A stretch of DNA of 64,000 bases, from contig JBQTHX010000034.1 of assembly GCA_052389415.1 (NCBI GenBank), positions 1 through 64,000 of the forward strand. The letters run 5' to 3'. Position 1 is the stretch's first letter. Each line of letters begins with the position of its first letter. Source of the DNA: Nitrosopumilaceae archaeon. Lineage in GTDB: Archaea > Thermoproteota > Nitrososphaeria > Nitrososphaerales > Nitrosopumilaceae. The notes below the pieces were generated by a model. The model searched no databases. It worked only from the letters and a program-made list of their open reading frames with translations, and was not told where the DNA came from. Of the stretch, positions 19,580-29,349 are shown piece by piece. Position numbers and translations under genes: made by a program.

Positions 19580-20167
19580 TTATTTTTCAATTATGTATTT
19601 CCCAAGTATGTCAGTTTCAATATTAACTTTATCACCAATTTTTTTTGAATTGAGGTTTGTAATCTTCATTGTATGTGGTATAATACCAACAGAGATTCTA
19701 TTTTTTATTACATCAACTATTGTTAAGCTGATTCCTTCCATTGTAATAGATCCTTTCTTAACAACATATTTTGTTAAATAATTTGGAAGTTTAATCCAGA
19801 GTTTAATCTCTTTTTTTAATTTTTCTATGTTTATTATTTTACCGGTCCCATCGATGTGTCCTAAAACAAAATGACCTTCCATTCTGTCACCAACTTTCAA
19901 GCTGCGTTCAATGTTTACTTTATCTCCAGATTCTAGATTACCAAGATCAGTTTTCCTCACGGTTTCTCCAATCATTTCAAATTCTGCCTCATTTTTAGAA
20001 ATTCTGGTTATAGTAAGACAAACACCATTTATTGCAACACTGTGTCCAGCTTTGAGACCTCTGGCAAGTTTACCAAGATTCACTTTTATCTTAGCTGCAC
20101 TTCGAGTATTTGTTTTCTTTTCAATTTTTTTTATTATTCCTATGCCTTCTATTATTCCTGTAAACAC
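19580..20167 (-). CDS. ribE: Riboflavin synthase, alpha (bacterial homotrimeric) type
   Basis: MFTGII N-terminus; S.AINGVCLT, VN.ER, GHFVLGHID, KGSI..EGISLT and VNIETD motifs. Confidence 0.95.
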   Translation of the reverse strand: MFTGIIEGIGIIKKIEKKTNTRSAAKIKVNLGKLARGLKAGHSVAINGVCLTITRISKNEAEFEMIGETVRKTDLGNLESGDKVNIERSLKVGDRMEGHFVLGHIDGTGKIINIEKLKKEIKLWIKLPNYLTKYVVKKGSITMEGISLTIVDVIKNRISVGIIPHTMKITNLNSKKIGDKVNIETDILGKYIIEK

Positions 20168-20238
20168 TTGATGAAAGTATTCTAGAGTGTATAAATTACT
20201 TATTTTATTGAGCTGGTAATTTTGTGCCTAGATTGTTT

Positions 20239-21099
20239 CTAGATATTCTTCACTGAATCTAATAGAGCCTTAGCTCGCTTAAAATGAACCTCATCAATCA
20301 TCTTTCCTTCCACTACTGTTGCACCTCTGTTTTTCTTTGTAGTCTCTACATAGACTTTACAGACCTTTTCTGCCCATTCTATCTCAGCTTTTGTTGGATG
20401 GAATATATCATGTACTGTTGAGATTTGATCTGGATGAATAACGCATTTTCCAACATATCCGAGATTTCTTCCTAAGATACAGTCTTGTTCAAAACCAGTT
20501 TTATCATTAAGATCTTGCCAAATGGCATCAATAGCGTATTTTCCTGCTGCCTTTGCATCTAGTGGAATTTTGGCTCTTGCATATTTTGCACCATCAGCTT
20601 GTTTAGTATATTCAATATCCAGATCATTTAACAAATCAAACACACCAAACACAACAAAAGGTGCTCTCAAACTTGATGATGCAATGCTATATGTATTTAC
20701 TACTCCCTGTGCAGATTCTATCGACGGTACTAGATCAATAGAACTTAGCCTTCGTTTTTTTTCAAAAGCAACAAGAAGTTTTTCTATTTTCTTCAATTCT
20801 TTTACATTATTTACTTTTGGAATAACTATACCATCAATCCCTTTCTGAACTATTTGCAATAAATCATCTGGAATCAAGCCAGAAACTGGTGAATTTATCC
20901 GTACATATACTTCAGATTTGTATTCGGAGCGGTTTGTTAAGGCTTTCTTGATAAGGTCTCTTGCAGAATTTTTTTCATTTAGTGGAACAGAATCTTCTAA
21001 ATCAAAACATATCACATCTGCGGGTAGAGTCTTTGCCTTTTCTATAAATCTAGGATTGTTTCCTGGAACAAAAAATAAGCTTCGCAAAAGTCTAGACAT
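20239..21099 (-). CDS. CitE/HpcH-family acyl-CoA lyase
   Basis: RSLFFVPGN, DLEDSV, VRIN, PKV, IES, GK.VIHP.QI and GKMID motifs. Confidence 0.88.
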   Translation of the reverse strand: MSRLLRSLFFVPGNNPRFIEKAKTLPADVICFDLEDSVPLNEKNSARDLIKKALTNRSEYKSEVYVRINSPVSGLIPDDLLQIVQKGIDGIVIPKVNNVKELKKIEKLLVAFEKKRRLSSIDLVPSIESAQGVVNTYSIASSSLRAPFVVFGVFDLLNDLDIEYTKQADGAKYARAKIPLDAKAAGKYAIDAIWQDLNDKTGFEQDCILGRNLGYVGKCVIHPDQISTVHDIFHPTKAEIEWAEKVCKVYVETTKKNRGATVVEGKMIDEVHFKRAKALLDSVKNI

Positions 21100-21113
21100 G
21101 AAGTAAACTGGAC

Positions 21114-22184
21114 TTAGGGTTTCATTAAGATTTTACCAAATAGGCCTTTACCAGTGAGCATTTTTGTATGTGCCTCTGTAGCCTGCTCAAATGGATATGT
21201 TGAATCAATTACGGCTTTTATTTTGCCCTTACCCATCCAGAATAATCCTTGTTCTAATTCAGCTTTAGTTCCTTGAGTAGAACCAAGTATGTTAGTTCCT
21301 TTGAAGAAAATATGTCTTAAATCCGTTTTTGCATCGTACCCAGTAGTTGCACCACATGATACAAGCGTTCCACCATATTTTAGCAATGTAAGTTGTTGAT
21401 TCCAATGTGTTTGACCGATATGATCAAACGATAAATCAATTCCAGGAACTCCGCCAGTCTTGGCACTAATTTCCTTAGTAATTTTAAAAACGTCTTTACT
21501 CCAATCTTCTTTTCTATGATCTACAGCATAATCAGCCCCAAGTTCTTTTAGTTTATCTAATTTGTCAGGACTGGCAGTTGAGATCACTGTACAATTGTAA
21601 AGTTTTGCAATTTGGATACCAAAGCTTCCAACACCAGATCCACCACCCATAATTAGAACAATCTGACCTGGTCTGATCTTGGCTCTGCCTACAAGCATAT
21701 GCCATGCTGTAAGCATAGTCATCGATGCAGCTGCTGCTTCATCAAAACTGACTCCATCAGGAATCTTTGCGACGTTTACTTCTGGCAAATGGGTTATTTC
21801 AGAAAATGCTCCCCAAGTAGGGCCAGTCTGAAATCCCCAGATCATTCTTTTAACACAATCAAATTCTCGTCCATCAGTACATGCAGAGCAAACTCTACAT
21901 GACATATTTGAATGAGAAACAACTCTATCACCTACTTTGAAATTTTTTACATCTTCACCAACAGCAATAACTTCGCCTGCTGCGTCAGAACCAGAAACAT
22001 GAGGTAATGGTACTGCCACTGGTTGACCTCTCATTCCCCAGATATCATTATAGTTCAAAGCAGCTGCTTTAACTTTAAAAACTACTTCGTCTGGTTTTGG
22101 TTTTGGTTCAGAAATATCTTTTATTTTTAAGATTCGTTTAAAATTATCATCAGGCGCATACTCCTCATAGACTACTGCCTTCAT
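21114..22184 (-). CDS. Zn-binding medium-chain dehydrogenase/reductase (enoyl/quinone-reductase type; candidate acryloyl-CoA reductase)
   Basis: ALNYND, GSD.AG, structural Zn CxxCxxC..C and GGGSGVG motifs. The catalytic ADH GHE motif is absent. Confidence 0.85.
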   Translation of the reverse strand: MKAVVYEEYAPDDNFKRILKIKDISEPKPKPDEVVFKVKAAALNYNDIWGMRGQPVAVPLPHVSGSDAAGEVIAVGEDVKNFKVGDRVVSHSNMSCRVCSACTDGREFDCVKRMIWGFQTGPTWGAFSEITHLPEVNVAKIPDGVSFDEAAAASMTMLTAWHMLVGRAKIRPGQIVLIMGGGSGVGSFGIQIAKLYNCTVISTASPDKLDKLKELGADYAVDHRKEDWSKDVFKITKEISAKTGGVPGIDLSFDHIGQTHWNQQLTLLKYGGTLVSCGATTGYDAKTDLRHIFFKGTNILGSTQGTKAELEQGLFWMGKGKIKAVIDSTYPFEQATEAHTKMLTGKGLFGKILMKP

Positions 22185-22226
22185 ATTTACTGACGCTCAA
22201 TTTGCCCCTAATATATTTTCGCTAAT

Positions 22227-22505
22227 CTATTTTCGATTAATTTTGAAATCCCGTTTTGGTTGTTGGATTGATTGTAAAATTTGTTTTAGTTGCTCATCGG
22301 AGATCTGTCTGTTCAGTTTACCTTGTGATGCCATACCAATAAGATAATTTTCAACCATTGCAGCCAGTTCAGGTTTTACCATCTTAACGTTGTTTAATCG
22401 TAATCTTGCCTGTGGTTCAAGTAAAGTACGCAGTGCTTGTTCTTTCATTAAATTAACTTCAGATTCATTGGCTTCTCTTTCGTTACCTTGATTGGGATTA
22501 CTCAT
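22227..22505 (-). CDS. PDCD5/TFAR19 DNA-binding protein
   Basis: L.P.AR.RL.N..MVKP..A..VE..LI...G...I.DEQLK.IL motif. Confidence 0.92.
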   Translation of the reverse strand: MSNPNQGNEREANESEVNLMKEQALRTLLEPQARLRLNNVKMVKPELAAMVENYLIGMASQGKLNRQISDEQLKQILQSIQQPKRDFKINRK

Positions 22506-22514
22506 AAAACCACA

Positions 22515-22967
22515 TTATGAATATTTTTTAAGATTTGGATTTTTTACAATTAATTCATCTAGTATTTCTGTAGCAATTCCGTCTATTTTTTTCATTCCTT
22601 GATGAGAAATGGTTCTTCCTTTTCCTTCCACTTTGTCTATGTAGCCAAGCTTTTCTAGATTGTGTACGGCTGTTCGAATTATAGAACCACCAGCATCTCG
22701 ATGGTGGTTTCCGCCATATCCAACAGATTTTACTCCCCCATACATACCACGAAGATCTTTTACACCGATTGGACCATGCAAGTATATTTTTCTAAGAAGT
22801 GACGCACATCTTGTATACCACCAATCATTTTTTTGTGGTGGTCTTTCTGCATGCGGACCAGTCTTGACAAAAGGAATCCAGCTGGGAGTTGAGATTTCTT
22901 CATTTCTTAGTATCTCAGATAGCTTGTTAATCAGAACATCTGCTGGTACATCATATGCTTTTGCCAT
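22515..22967 (-). CDS. rps19e: 30S ribosomal protein S19e
   Basis: YDVPAD, W..FVKTG..AERPP...WWY.R.AS.LRK.Y..GP.GV motifs. Confidence 0.97.
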   Translation of the reverse strand: MAKAYDVPADVLINKLSEILRNEEISTPSWIPFVKTGPHAERPPQKNDWWYTRCASLLRKIYLHGPIGVKDLRGMYGGVKSVGYGGNHHRDAGGSIIRTAVHNLEKLGYIDKVEGKGRTISHQGMKKIDGIATEILDELIVKNPNLKKYS

Positions 22968-22998
22968 GAAAATGAAAGTTTTTAGTTCGTCTTATAAA

Positions 22999-23307
22999 TC
23001 ATTGAGCTTTGGAAATGATCTTTCTATATGTATGATTACAAAATTTGCATGTAATGCGAATTGCTTTAACAGAAGAACGGCCTATTCTAATTCTTGCGCC
23101 AACTCCTGGTGCAATAAATTTTTTACATTTTTTACAAAAGTTAATTCTCATATGATAAGGCATTCTTATTCTATATTTTGTACTAATTTTTTTTGCAAGA
23201 GTTGCCTGTCGTTGAGCAAGTGATGGATTATTCCTTGAGTTAGATACAGCATTTTGAATCAGGATTTCCATTCTTTCCAAGGCAATTTGTCGTATTGCTT
23301 CTTTCAT
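22999..23307 (-). CDS. rnp4: RNase P protein Rpp21
   Basis: IALERM..L, FCKKC...PG...R.R and CKFC motifs. Confidence 0.92.
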   Translation of the reverse strand: MKEAIRQIALERMEILIQNAVSNSRNNPSLAQRQATLAKKISTKYRIRMPYHMRINFCKKCKKFIAPGVGARIRIGRSSVKAIRITCKFCNHTYRKIISKAQ

Positions 23308-23343
23308 GGAAGTTAAATAATGTCTTGTCCTTAAAATACAATC

Positions 23344-24012
23344 TTGCTTTCATTGATTCTCGCAGAATCTGCGCTTGAGTTGGTTCCCAAAGAGCTTCAG
23401 ACGCACAGTTCTGTAGTTGCATATAGTAAAAAAATGAGAAAAAATCCATCTAATATTCTTCTAGATGTTTCTTGGCATTTTGCAGCAATGAAGGGAATTA
23501 AGAATGAGATAAAACGCGGCAGACCAGATTTGGTTCATTTCTGCCTTCTTGAATGTTGTACTATTCCTTTGTATTTTGAGAAGAAGATCAGAGTTTACGT
23601 TCACACAGTACAGGATAAAGTAATTTTTATCGGTGATAATGTTAGACTGCCTAAATCTTATCACAGGTTTGTTGGTTTGATTGAGAAATTGTATCTTGAG
23701 AAAAAAATAGAACAGGATGGAAAGAAATTACTGGAGATAAGAGATATGACTATTGGCGAATTAGTTGATCAGATAGGTGCAAAAAAAGTAATTGGTTTTT
23801 CAACAAGAGGGCATGAAAGTTCCTATGAAAAAGCTGCAAAAGATATTGAAAGTGATACATGCTTAGTAATCGGCGGATTTTCCAAAGGATATTTTTCTGA
23901 TAAAATATTAAAAAGGATCGATAAGCTAGTTTCCGTCGATAGAAATCCTTTGGAGGCTCATGTTGTAATATCTCGCATATTGTACGAATATGAAAAAAGA
24001 ATTATTATGTAG
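23344..24012 (+). CDS. nep1: rRNA small subunit methyltransferase Nep1/Emg1
   Basis: ILAESALELVP, RGRPDLVH, VHT, RLPKSY.RF.GL and IGGF..G.F motifs. Confidence 0.93.
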   Translation: MLSLILAESALELVPKELQTHSSVVAYSKKMRKNPSNILLDVSWHFAAMKGIKNEIKRGRPDLVHFCLLECCTIPLYFEKKIRVYVHTVQDKVIFIGDNVRLPKSYHRFVGLIEKLYLEKKIEQDGKKLLEIRDMTIGELVDQIGAKKVIGFSTRGHESSYEKAAKDIESDTCLVIGGFSKGYFSDKILKRIDKLVSVDRNPLEAHVVISRILYEYEKRIIM

Positions 24013-24033
24013 GTTAAAGATTGGCAGTGTTAA

Positions 24034-24107
24034 GCGGTCGTAGTATAGTTTGGTTAGTACACTGGCCTTCCAAGCCCGTTACCCGGGTTCAAATCCCGGC
24101 GACCGCA
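24034..24107 (+). tRNA. tRNA-Gly (anticodon TCC), no intron, CCA not encoded
   Basis: Acceptor stem GCGGTCG/CGACCGC, D-arm with TGG, anticodon loop CT-TCC-AA, T-arm CCGGG-TTCAAAT-CCCGG, discriminator A, followed by a T-run. Confidence 0.96.
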
Positions 24108-24111
24108 TCTT

Positions 24112-25293
24112 TTATTCTAGACTGATAATTCCAGTTGATATCAAGTATTGAATTCCAGCAGCAAATGTCTTATCATCTATCTTGCCTTCATACCACAAGG
24201 CAGCGTTTTGTTTTATCCAGTTTGGAATTTTATCAACATTATGTTGTTTTTCTGTATGAGGAATAGATATTATTCTATGTTGTATAAGGTATTCAATTCC
24301 TTTAAGAAAATCTGTGTCATTTATAGCACCATCTACCCACCAACGAGCATTATTCTTAATCCAATTTGGAATGAGTATTTTGCTTTCTTCTAATTGTTTT
24401 ACCACAGATTGATGTGCATTCATACCGAAGATGTAAAGCCAAGCAACACCAGACTCAGTTTTGTTTATAAGATCACCATAAAGAATTATATCAGAATCTT
24501 GTGATGAGAATTTTGTATTAACAAGATTTGTTCCACGTAGACTAACACTTATGCCATTTTTGATAAATTCTGGATAATCATTTAAGCTAGCGATTTTTAT
24601 AGCAAAGAATCCACCGCTAGTTTCTTCTGCAGTAATTTCTTTTACAATCATTTTCCCACCAGCTAGTTGTATTAATTGAGCAGCAAATTCTTGTTGAAAC
24701 GGGTTTATTATTTCGTGGTTTTTATCAGAATATGAATAGTCAATTTTTCCTTCTGGTGGTTTGTTACAGGTATCATTTCGCCATTTTTCAGATGATGTAA
24801 CAGCATCAATCATCAATTGACCATGAAGAAATTCATGGTACATCATAATTTGATTTTCAATTTTTTTTATTCTCGGATCTTTTTGTAAATCTTGCATTAT
24901 ATATTCAGAATTTATCTTTAATTCGTTATCACAGTCCATCGTAATCTTACCGTCGGTTGTTGTAACAGTACACTTCCAGGTGTACGTTCCACCTGTTATT
25001 ACTCCTTCATGTGTTTGACTTTCATCGAATCTTGTCAATTTCGTTTTGATTACACTGACTACCTGATCATTTTGATCAGCAGAATTACATGGAAAAGAAA
25101 TAATCAAAGGTTTTTCAAATGATTCAAGCACCTCACTTACATCTTTTTTTTCAATTTCAAGTCTTTCAAACTCAGCGAGTAATTTCTCGAATAGTTGTTT
25201 TTCTTGAGCCGTCGGTGAAACGCTATCATCACCAAAAATCGGTATTAAATTTGTACATAATAGTAATGCAATAAGAAACCCCGGGTATCTCAA
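24112..25293 (-). CDS. Exported protein with HEXXH motif and two C-terminal thaumarchaeal IPxWIKxNAxxW repeats
   Basis: Signal peptide; MYHEFLHGQL; IPNWIKNNARWW...GIEYLI and IPNWIKQNAALW...GIQYLI. Confidence 0.8.
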   Translation of the reverse strand: MRYPGFLIALLLCTNLIPIFGDDSVSPTAQEKQLFEKLLAEFERLEIEKKDVSEVLESFEKPLIISFPCNSADQNDQVVSVIKTKLTRFDESQTHEGVITGGTYTWKCTVTTTDGKITMDCDNELKINSEYIMQDLQKDPRIKKIENQIMMYHEFLHGQLMIDAVTSSEKWRNDTCNKPPEGKIDYSYSDKNHEIINPFQQEFAAQLIQLAGGKMIVKEITAEETSGGFFAIKIASLNDYPEFIKNGISVSLRGTNLVNTKFSSQDSDIILYGDLINKTESGVAWLYIFGMNAHQSVVKQLEESKILIPNWIKNNARWWVDGAINDTDFLKGIEYLIQHRIISIPHTEKQHNVDKIPNWIKQNAALWYEGKIDDKTFAAGIQYLISTGIISLE

Positions 25294-25319
25294 TATGCAA
25301 TTCCTTCTTTGCTCAATAA

Positions 25320-26423
25320 TTAAGAGTTGGGACTGAGTCGTACTTGTTTCTTAAATTCATCCCATCCAGGCTTCGGTTTTTTGTCAACGTCAATTAATCC
25401 AGCACCACAAATGTATTCAGCAGTTCGCTTCAACACGAACTCATTTCCAAAGCTTATGTCAAAATCTGGGTTTAGACTATTAACACAGCTTTCTATGGGT
25501 CTGTCATATTGTCTGAACCACGAAAGAAACTCGAATTGAGGCTCATTTTTTCTAAAAAAATCATATGCTATTTGCATGAATTTTGTCTGGCCGTCTTTGC
25601 TACCACCAACAGATTCGGCAGTTGTCCAGCTTATTTCCAATAATGCTATCTGCTTGTCTTCCACAAGATCTAAAATTTTTTCAAGGTTTTTTCCTGCCTC
25701 TTCTGGCGTTTTGTTGACTTCATTTAATACATCTACAGGAAAATAGGTAAAAGCAACAAAATCTCCCTGATTTAGCTTACCTACAAGATCTTCTTGCTCA
25801 TGATTTAATACTCCATGAAGAGAAAATGAGTTTCCAAATTTTACATTAGGATGTTTTTCTTTAAGATAGTTATAGACTTCTATAAAAAACTCTTCGTATT
25901 TCGTAATGTCATTTTCATGTTCACGAAAATATGCATCTATTCCTCCACCTATGATCACATAGTCAATAATATCATATCTGGATAAGACGTCATCTAGAAT
26001 TTTGACAGTTTTTTGCTTTAAATCATCATCAAGTTGTGGCTCTCCCATCCAATTTGGAAACGGGCCAAACATGCGGTTGTTAATTATAGAAAAGTATAAT
26101 GTAACCTTAAGATCATTTTGTTTACTAAGACTCATTAGTGTATCAGAAATTTTCCAATCGTATTGTCCTTTTTGTGGTTCCAATGCAGACCAGAAGAGAT
26201 ACACATTACTTCTTCCAATTCCTGTAGATGCAGCATCTGCATACGCATCTTTTAGTTCTGGAATTGTTGGAGTGGGGGAAGGAGTCATTATGTATAAACC
26301 AAGTTTTTCATTCTTTTGTACTATCTCAGGTGATGTTGACAGGAATATTGTTATCGTGATAATTGCTATGATACCTGATATTGTAGCAACTCCTAGAATT
26401 TTTTTATTCAATATTTGTATCAC
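25320..26423 (-). CDS. Membrane-anchored GH-A clan TIM-barrel protein (glycoside hydrolase-like)
   Basis: N-terminal TM; WSALEP..G.YDW...D, FTYFP, LLEISW and GLID...KPKPGW motifs. Confidence 0.75.
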   Translation of the reverse strand: MIQILNKKILGVATISGIIAIITITIFLSTSPEIVQKNEKLGLYIMTPSPTPTIPELKDAYADAASTGIGRSNVYLFWSALEPQKGQYDWKISDTLMSLSKQNDLKVTLYFSIINNRMFGPFPNWMGEPQLDDDLKQKTVKILDDVLSRYDIIDYVIIGGGIDAYFREHENDITKYEEFFIEVYNYLKEKHPNVKFGNSFSLHGVLNHEQEDLVGKLNQGDFVAFTYFPVDVLNEVNKTPEEAGKNLEKILDLVEDKQIALLEISWTTAESVGGSKDGQTKFMQIAYDFFRKNEPQFEFLSWFRQYDRPIESCVNSLNPDFDISFGNEFVLKRTAEYICGAGLIDVDKKPKPGWDEFKKQVRLSPNS

Positions 26424-26460
26424 AAATGATTGATAGTAAAAAAGTTATGATTAATGTTGA

Positions 26461-29118
26461 CTATCCAGATGTACAGCCGCTGTATCCACATTCTATGCAG
26501 AGGTTACATCCTTCTGCAAAGACTAGATTATTTTTGCACGTTGGACACAACCTTTCTTCTAGTTGTTCTTGTGTGAGTTGGTTTTGTTGTATTCTTACTT
26601 CACTGTCAGGAATTTTGATTTGTAATGCTTTTTCAATCTGTGTTTTCAGATATGGATTAGTAACACCCTTTGCTATAAATTCAGTTAGATATGCACTAGG
26701 AACTACTTGGAATGTTTTTTGTACATTGTCACCAGTCATATGAAGAACTTGCTCATGTCTTGAACCATCTCTGAATACTGTAATTCCTTTTAATCCAAGT
26801 TCATGTGCTAACAAATATGATGCTTTAACATCATCTGCAGTCACATCATTAGGCATGTTGATTGTTTTGGCTATTGCGTTTCCAATCCATCTTTGCCATA
26901 CAGCTTGTGCCATCAGGTGGTCAGTCCAGTGGATGTCCATAGCTGTCACAAAAATTTTCTGTATCCATTCAGGAATTTCTGGGATTCCTTTTACTGATCC
27001 ATAATTGTTTGCAATCTTTTCCAGTATTTGATCATTGTATAATCCATGTTCTTTTAAAACAGATTCGAATATCTTGTTAGTGTAGAAAAATCTACCAACT
27101 GTAACACGTTTTTCAAATACAAGTGCAAACATGGGTTCCATTCCATTGGAACAATCAGCTATCATAGAAAGAGTTCCTGTAGGAGCTACTGTAGATGTTA
27201 ACACATTTCTTATTCCGTGTTTTTGGATTTTTTCAATTAGGGCGTCCCAATCATAATAGTGTGCACTTTTTGGTTTTTCATAATAACCTCCAATTGGAAT
27301 TTTTCCTTCAGGGAACTCTGTTTTCTCGCAAAGGGGGAATGCACCTCGTGTTTTTGCTAAAGCCACACTTTCTTCCATTGAATAATAGCTCAAAGCCTCT
27401 GCTAATTTTTCTTGGAATTCATAACCTTCTCGTGAATTATACGGGATTCGCAGTTTGAACAGAAGATCAGCAACACCCATTACACCCAGTCCTATTCTAC
27501 GGGAATCTTTTGAGGCCTTGTCGATTTCGGGTATTGGGTAATTATTTGTGTCTATTACATCATCTAAGAATCTTGTAGTCTTTCTGATTACTTCTTCATA
27601 TCGTTGCCAATCAAACTCATATTGTCCATCAGCTTTTCTTTTCACAAAGTTTGAGAGATTGATAGATCCAAGATTACATGACTCGTACGGATACAAGCTT
27701 TGTTCTCCACATGGATTAGTTGCTCGCAATGGTCCACCACGTGCTTTAGCAAATACATTATACTTGTTTATCTGATCAAAAAAGATCAGTCCAGGTTCAG
27801 CACTCTTCCAAGCTGACAGCGCTATTAGATCAAGAAGTTGATGTGCGTTTACTTCACGCACTGGACTCTTGTCACGTGGACTTCGCAGAATATATTTTCC
27901 ATCAGACGAATTTACAAGTGAGCTCCAAAAGTCTTCCCACACTCCTACACTCACATTAAAGTTTTCTAAAACTCCTGGTTTTGTTTTTGCAGTGATAAAT
28001 TTTTCAATATCAGGATGCCATGCTTCAATTATTCCCATGTTTGCACCTCTGCGTTTTCCTCCCTGTTTAACAACTTCTGTTACAGTATTGATAATATTCA
28101 TGAAAGAGACAGGCCCCGAGGCTACACCAGATGTAGATGCAACCATGTCGCCTTCTTCTCTAAGATCAGAGTAATTGATACCAACTCCTCCTCCAGATTT
28201 GAAGATCAAAGCCGCATCTGAAGATGATTTCATTATTTGTTCCATATCATCAGGCATTGCAAGAACAAAGCATGCAGATAGTTGTCCTAGTCTTCCCCCA
28301 GCATTCATCATGGTAGGAGAATTTGGTAGAAAGTCTTGAGATATCATCATATCATAGTATTCTGTGATTCTTTCCGCATAGTTATCAAATTGTTTTGCTG
28401 CAAGCATGGTGAGGAATTCCTTTATACTTACTTTCATCTGGCCTTGTTTGGCAAGATCAATGTAATGAGAGATCAGTCCTCTAAAGTGCCACTTGTTAAG
28501 ATGATATTTACCTATTTTGAATTTGTAATTAAAATCATCAAGTTTATCAAGATATTTTTTGGCATCTTCTATGTTCTGGGTTCTTCCACCATTAACTTCG
28601 AAAACAGAATTATCCTTTAGAACATCTGCAAGTCCAACTAATACTGCAACGCGTTCAAACATCTCTCCTGGACTTTCTATTATTTCACCTTTGTTGTTAC
28701 GAAACAGATATCGTGATGCTAAGACTCGCAAACAATTAATGTCAAATTTCTTTGATACATCGTCAAGAAGTTTTGCATTTAGAATTTTCATCTTTTCTTC
28801 TCGAATCTTTCTTCGTTCGTGTCTGTAAAGTATGTAGGATTTCGCGATTTCACCTAATCCTTCATCTATTAGAATGGATTCCACCATATCTTGAACGTCT
28901 TCTACGCTTGGTGGAGAAGAGGCTGAAAATCCATGTTTTAAGAGCCTCATCATAACTCCTTCAGCAAGCTTATCTGCCAAACTATGATCTGGTCTTCCAC
29001 AAGCGACTAGTGCTTTGTATATTGCATTTGAGATCTTGTCTTTCTGAAAATTTAATACTCGCCCATCTCTTTTTTTTACTTCAATAATCGAGTTTTCTAT
29101 CTGTGAAAAGTCAGTCAA
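26461..29118 (-). CDS. nrdJ: Class II (adenosylcobalamin-dependent) ribonucleotide reductase with N-terminal ATP cone
   Basis: VKKRDG ATP cone; PNSPT, LSACF, TNPCGEQ, SCNLGSINL, RRIGLG.MG, APTGT and C-terminal Cys motifs; no intein. Confidence 0.96.
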   Translation of the reverse strand: MTDFSQIENSIIEVKKRDGRVLNFQKDKISNAIYKALVACGRPDHSLADKLAEGVMMRLLKHGFSASSPPSVEDVQDMVESILIDEGLGEIAKSYILYRHERRKIREEKMKILNAKLLDDVSKKFDINCLRVLASRYLFRNNKGEIIESPGEMFERVAVLVGLADVLKDNSVFEVNGGRTQNIEDAKKYLDKLDDFNYKFKIGKYHLNKWHFRGLISHYIDLAKQGQMKVSIKEFLTMLAAKQFDNYAERITEYYDMMISQDFLPNSPTMMNAGGRLGQLSACFVLAMPDDMEQIMKSSSDAALIFKSGGGVGINYSDLREEGDMVASTSGVASGPVSFMNIINTVTEVVKQGGKRRGANMGIIEAWHPDIEKFITAKTKPGVLENFNVSVGVWEDFWSSLVNSSDGKYILRSPRDKSPVREVNAHQLLDLIALSAWKSAEPGLIFFDQINKYNVFAKARGGPLRATNPCGEQSLYPYESCNLGSINLSNFVKRKADGQYEFDWQRYEEVIRKTTRFLDDVIDTNNYPIPEIDKASKDSRRIGLGVMGVADLLFKLRIPYNSREGYEFQEKLAEALSYYSMEESVALAKTRGAFPLCEKTEFPEGKIPIGGYYEKPKSAHYYDWDALIEKIQKHGIRNVLTSTVAPTGTLSMIADCSNGMEPMFALVFEKRVTVGRFFYTNKIFESVLKEHGLYNDQILEKIANNYGSVKGIPEIPEWIQKIFVTAMDIHWTDHLMAQAVWQRWIGNAIAKTINMPNDVTADDVKASYLLAHELGLKGITVFRDGSRHEQVLHMTGDNVQKTFQVVPSAYLTEFIAKGVTNPYLKTQIEKALQIKIPDSEVRIQQNQLTQEQLEERLCPTCKNNLVFAEGCNLCIECGYSGCTSG

Positions 29119-29349
29119 ACGTCTCCCGGCAACAGTAAGAAAAGAGAGTATAATAAAGATTGAGGCGAAAAAAAATTTCCTAAAATTGATTTTTGGATCA
29201 ATTTTGTTGACATCATTTCATTTTGAATAAAAGAATAGATCTTTTCAAAATAAAAATGAAAAAAATATTATTATAAATTTCAGAAAAATATGATCGCATT
29301 TTCTAAATTTTTAGAAAGATCTATTATTAATTATGGAGAGCAAATATTA

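Noticed and set aside
24034-26460. Integrated element at tRNA-Gly
   Set aside because: No integrase and no duplicated tRNA 3' end (att) seen; at most a two-gene islet.
29300-29317. TTTCTAAA-TT-TTTAGAAA inverted repeat between the NrdD-like gene and nrdJ
   Set aside because: Low-complexity AT-rich context and ~140 bp from the nrdJ TATA box; cannot be separated from chance without orthologs.
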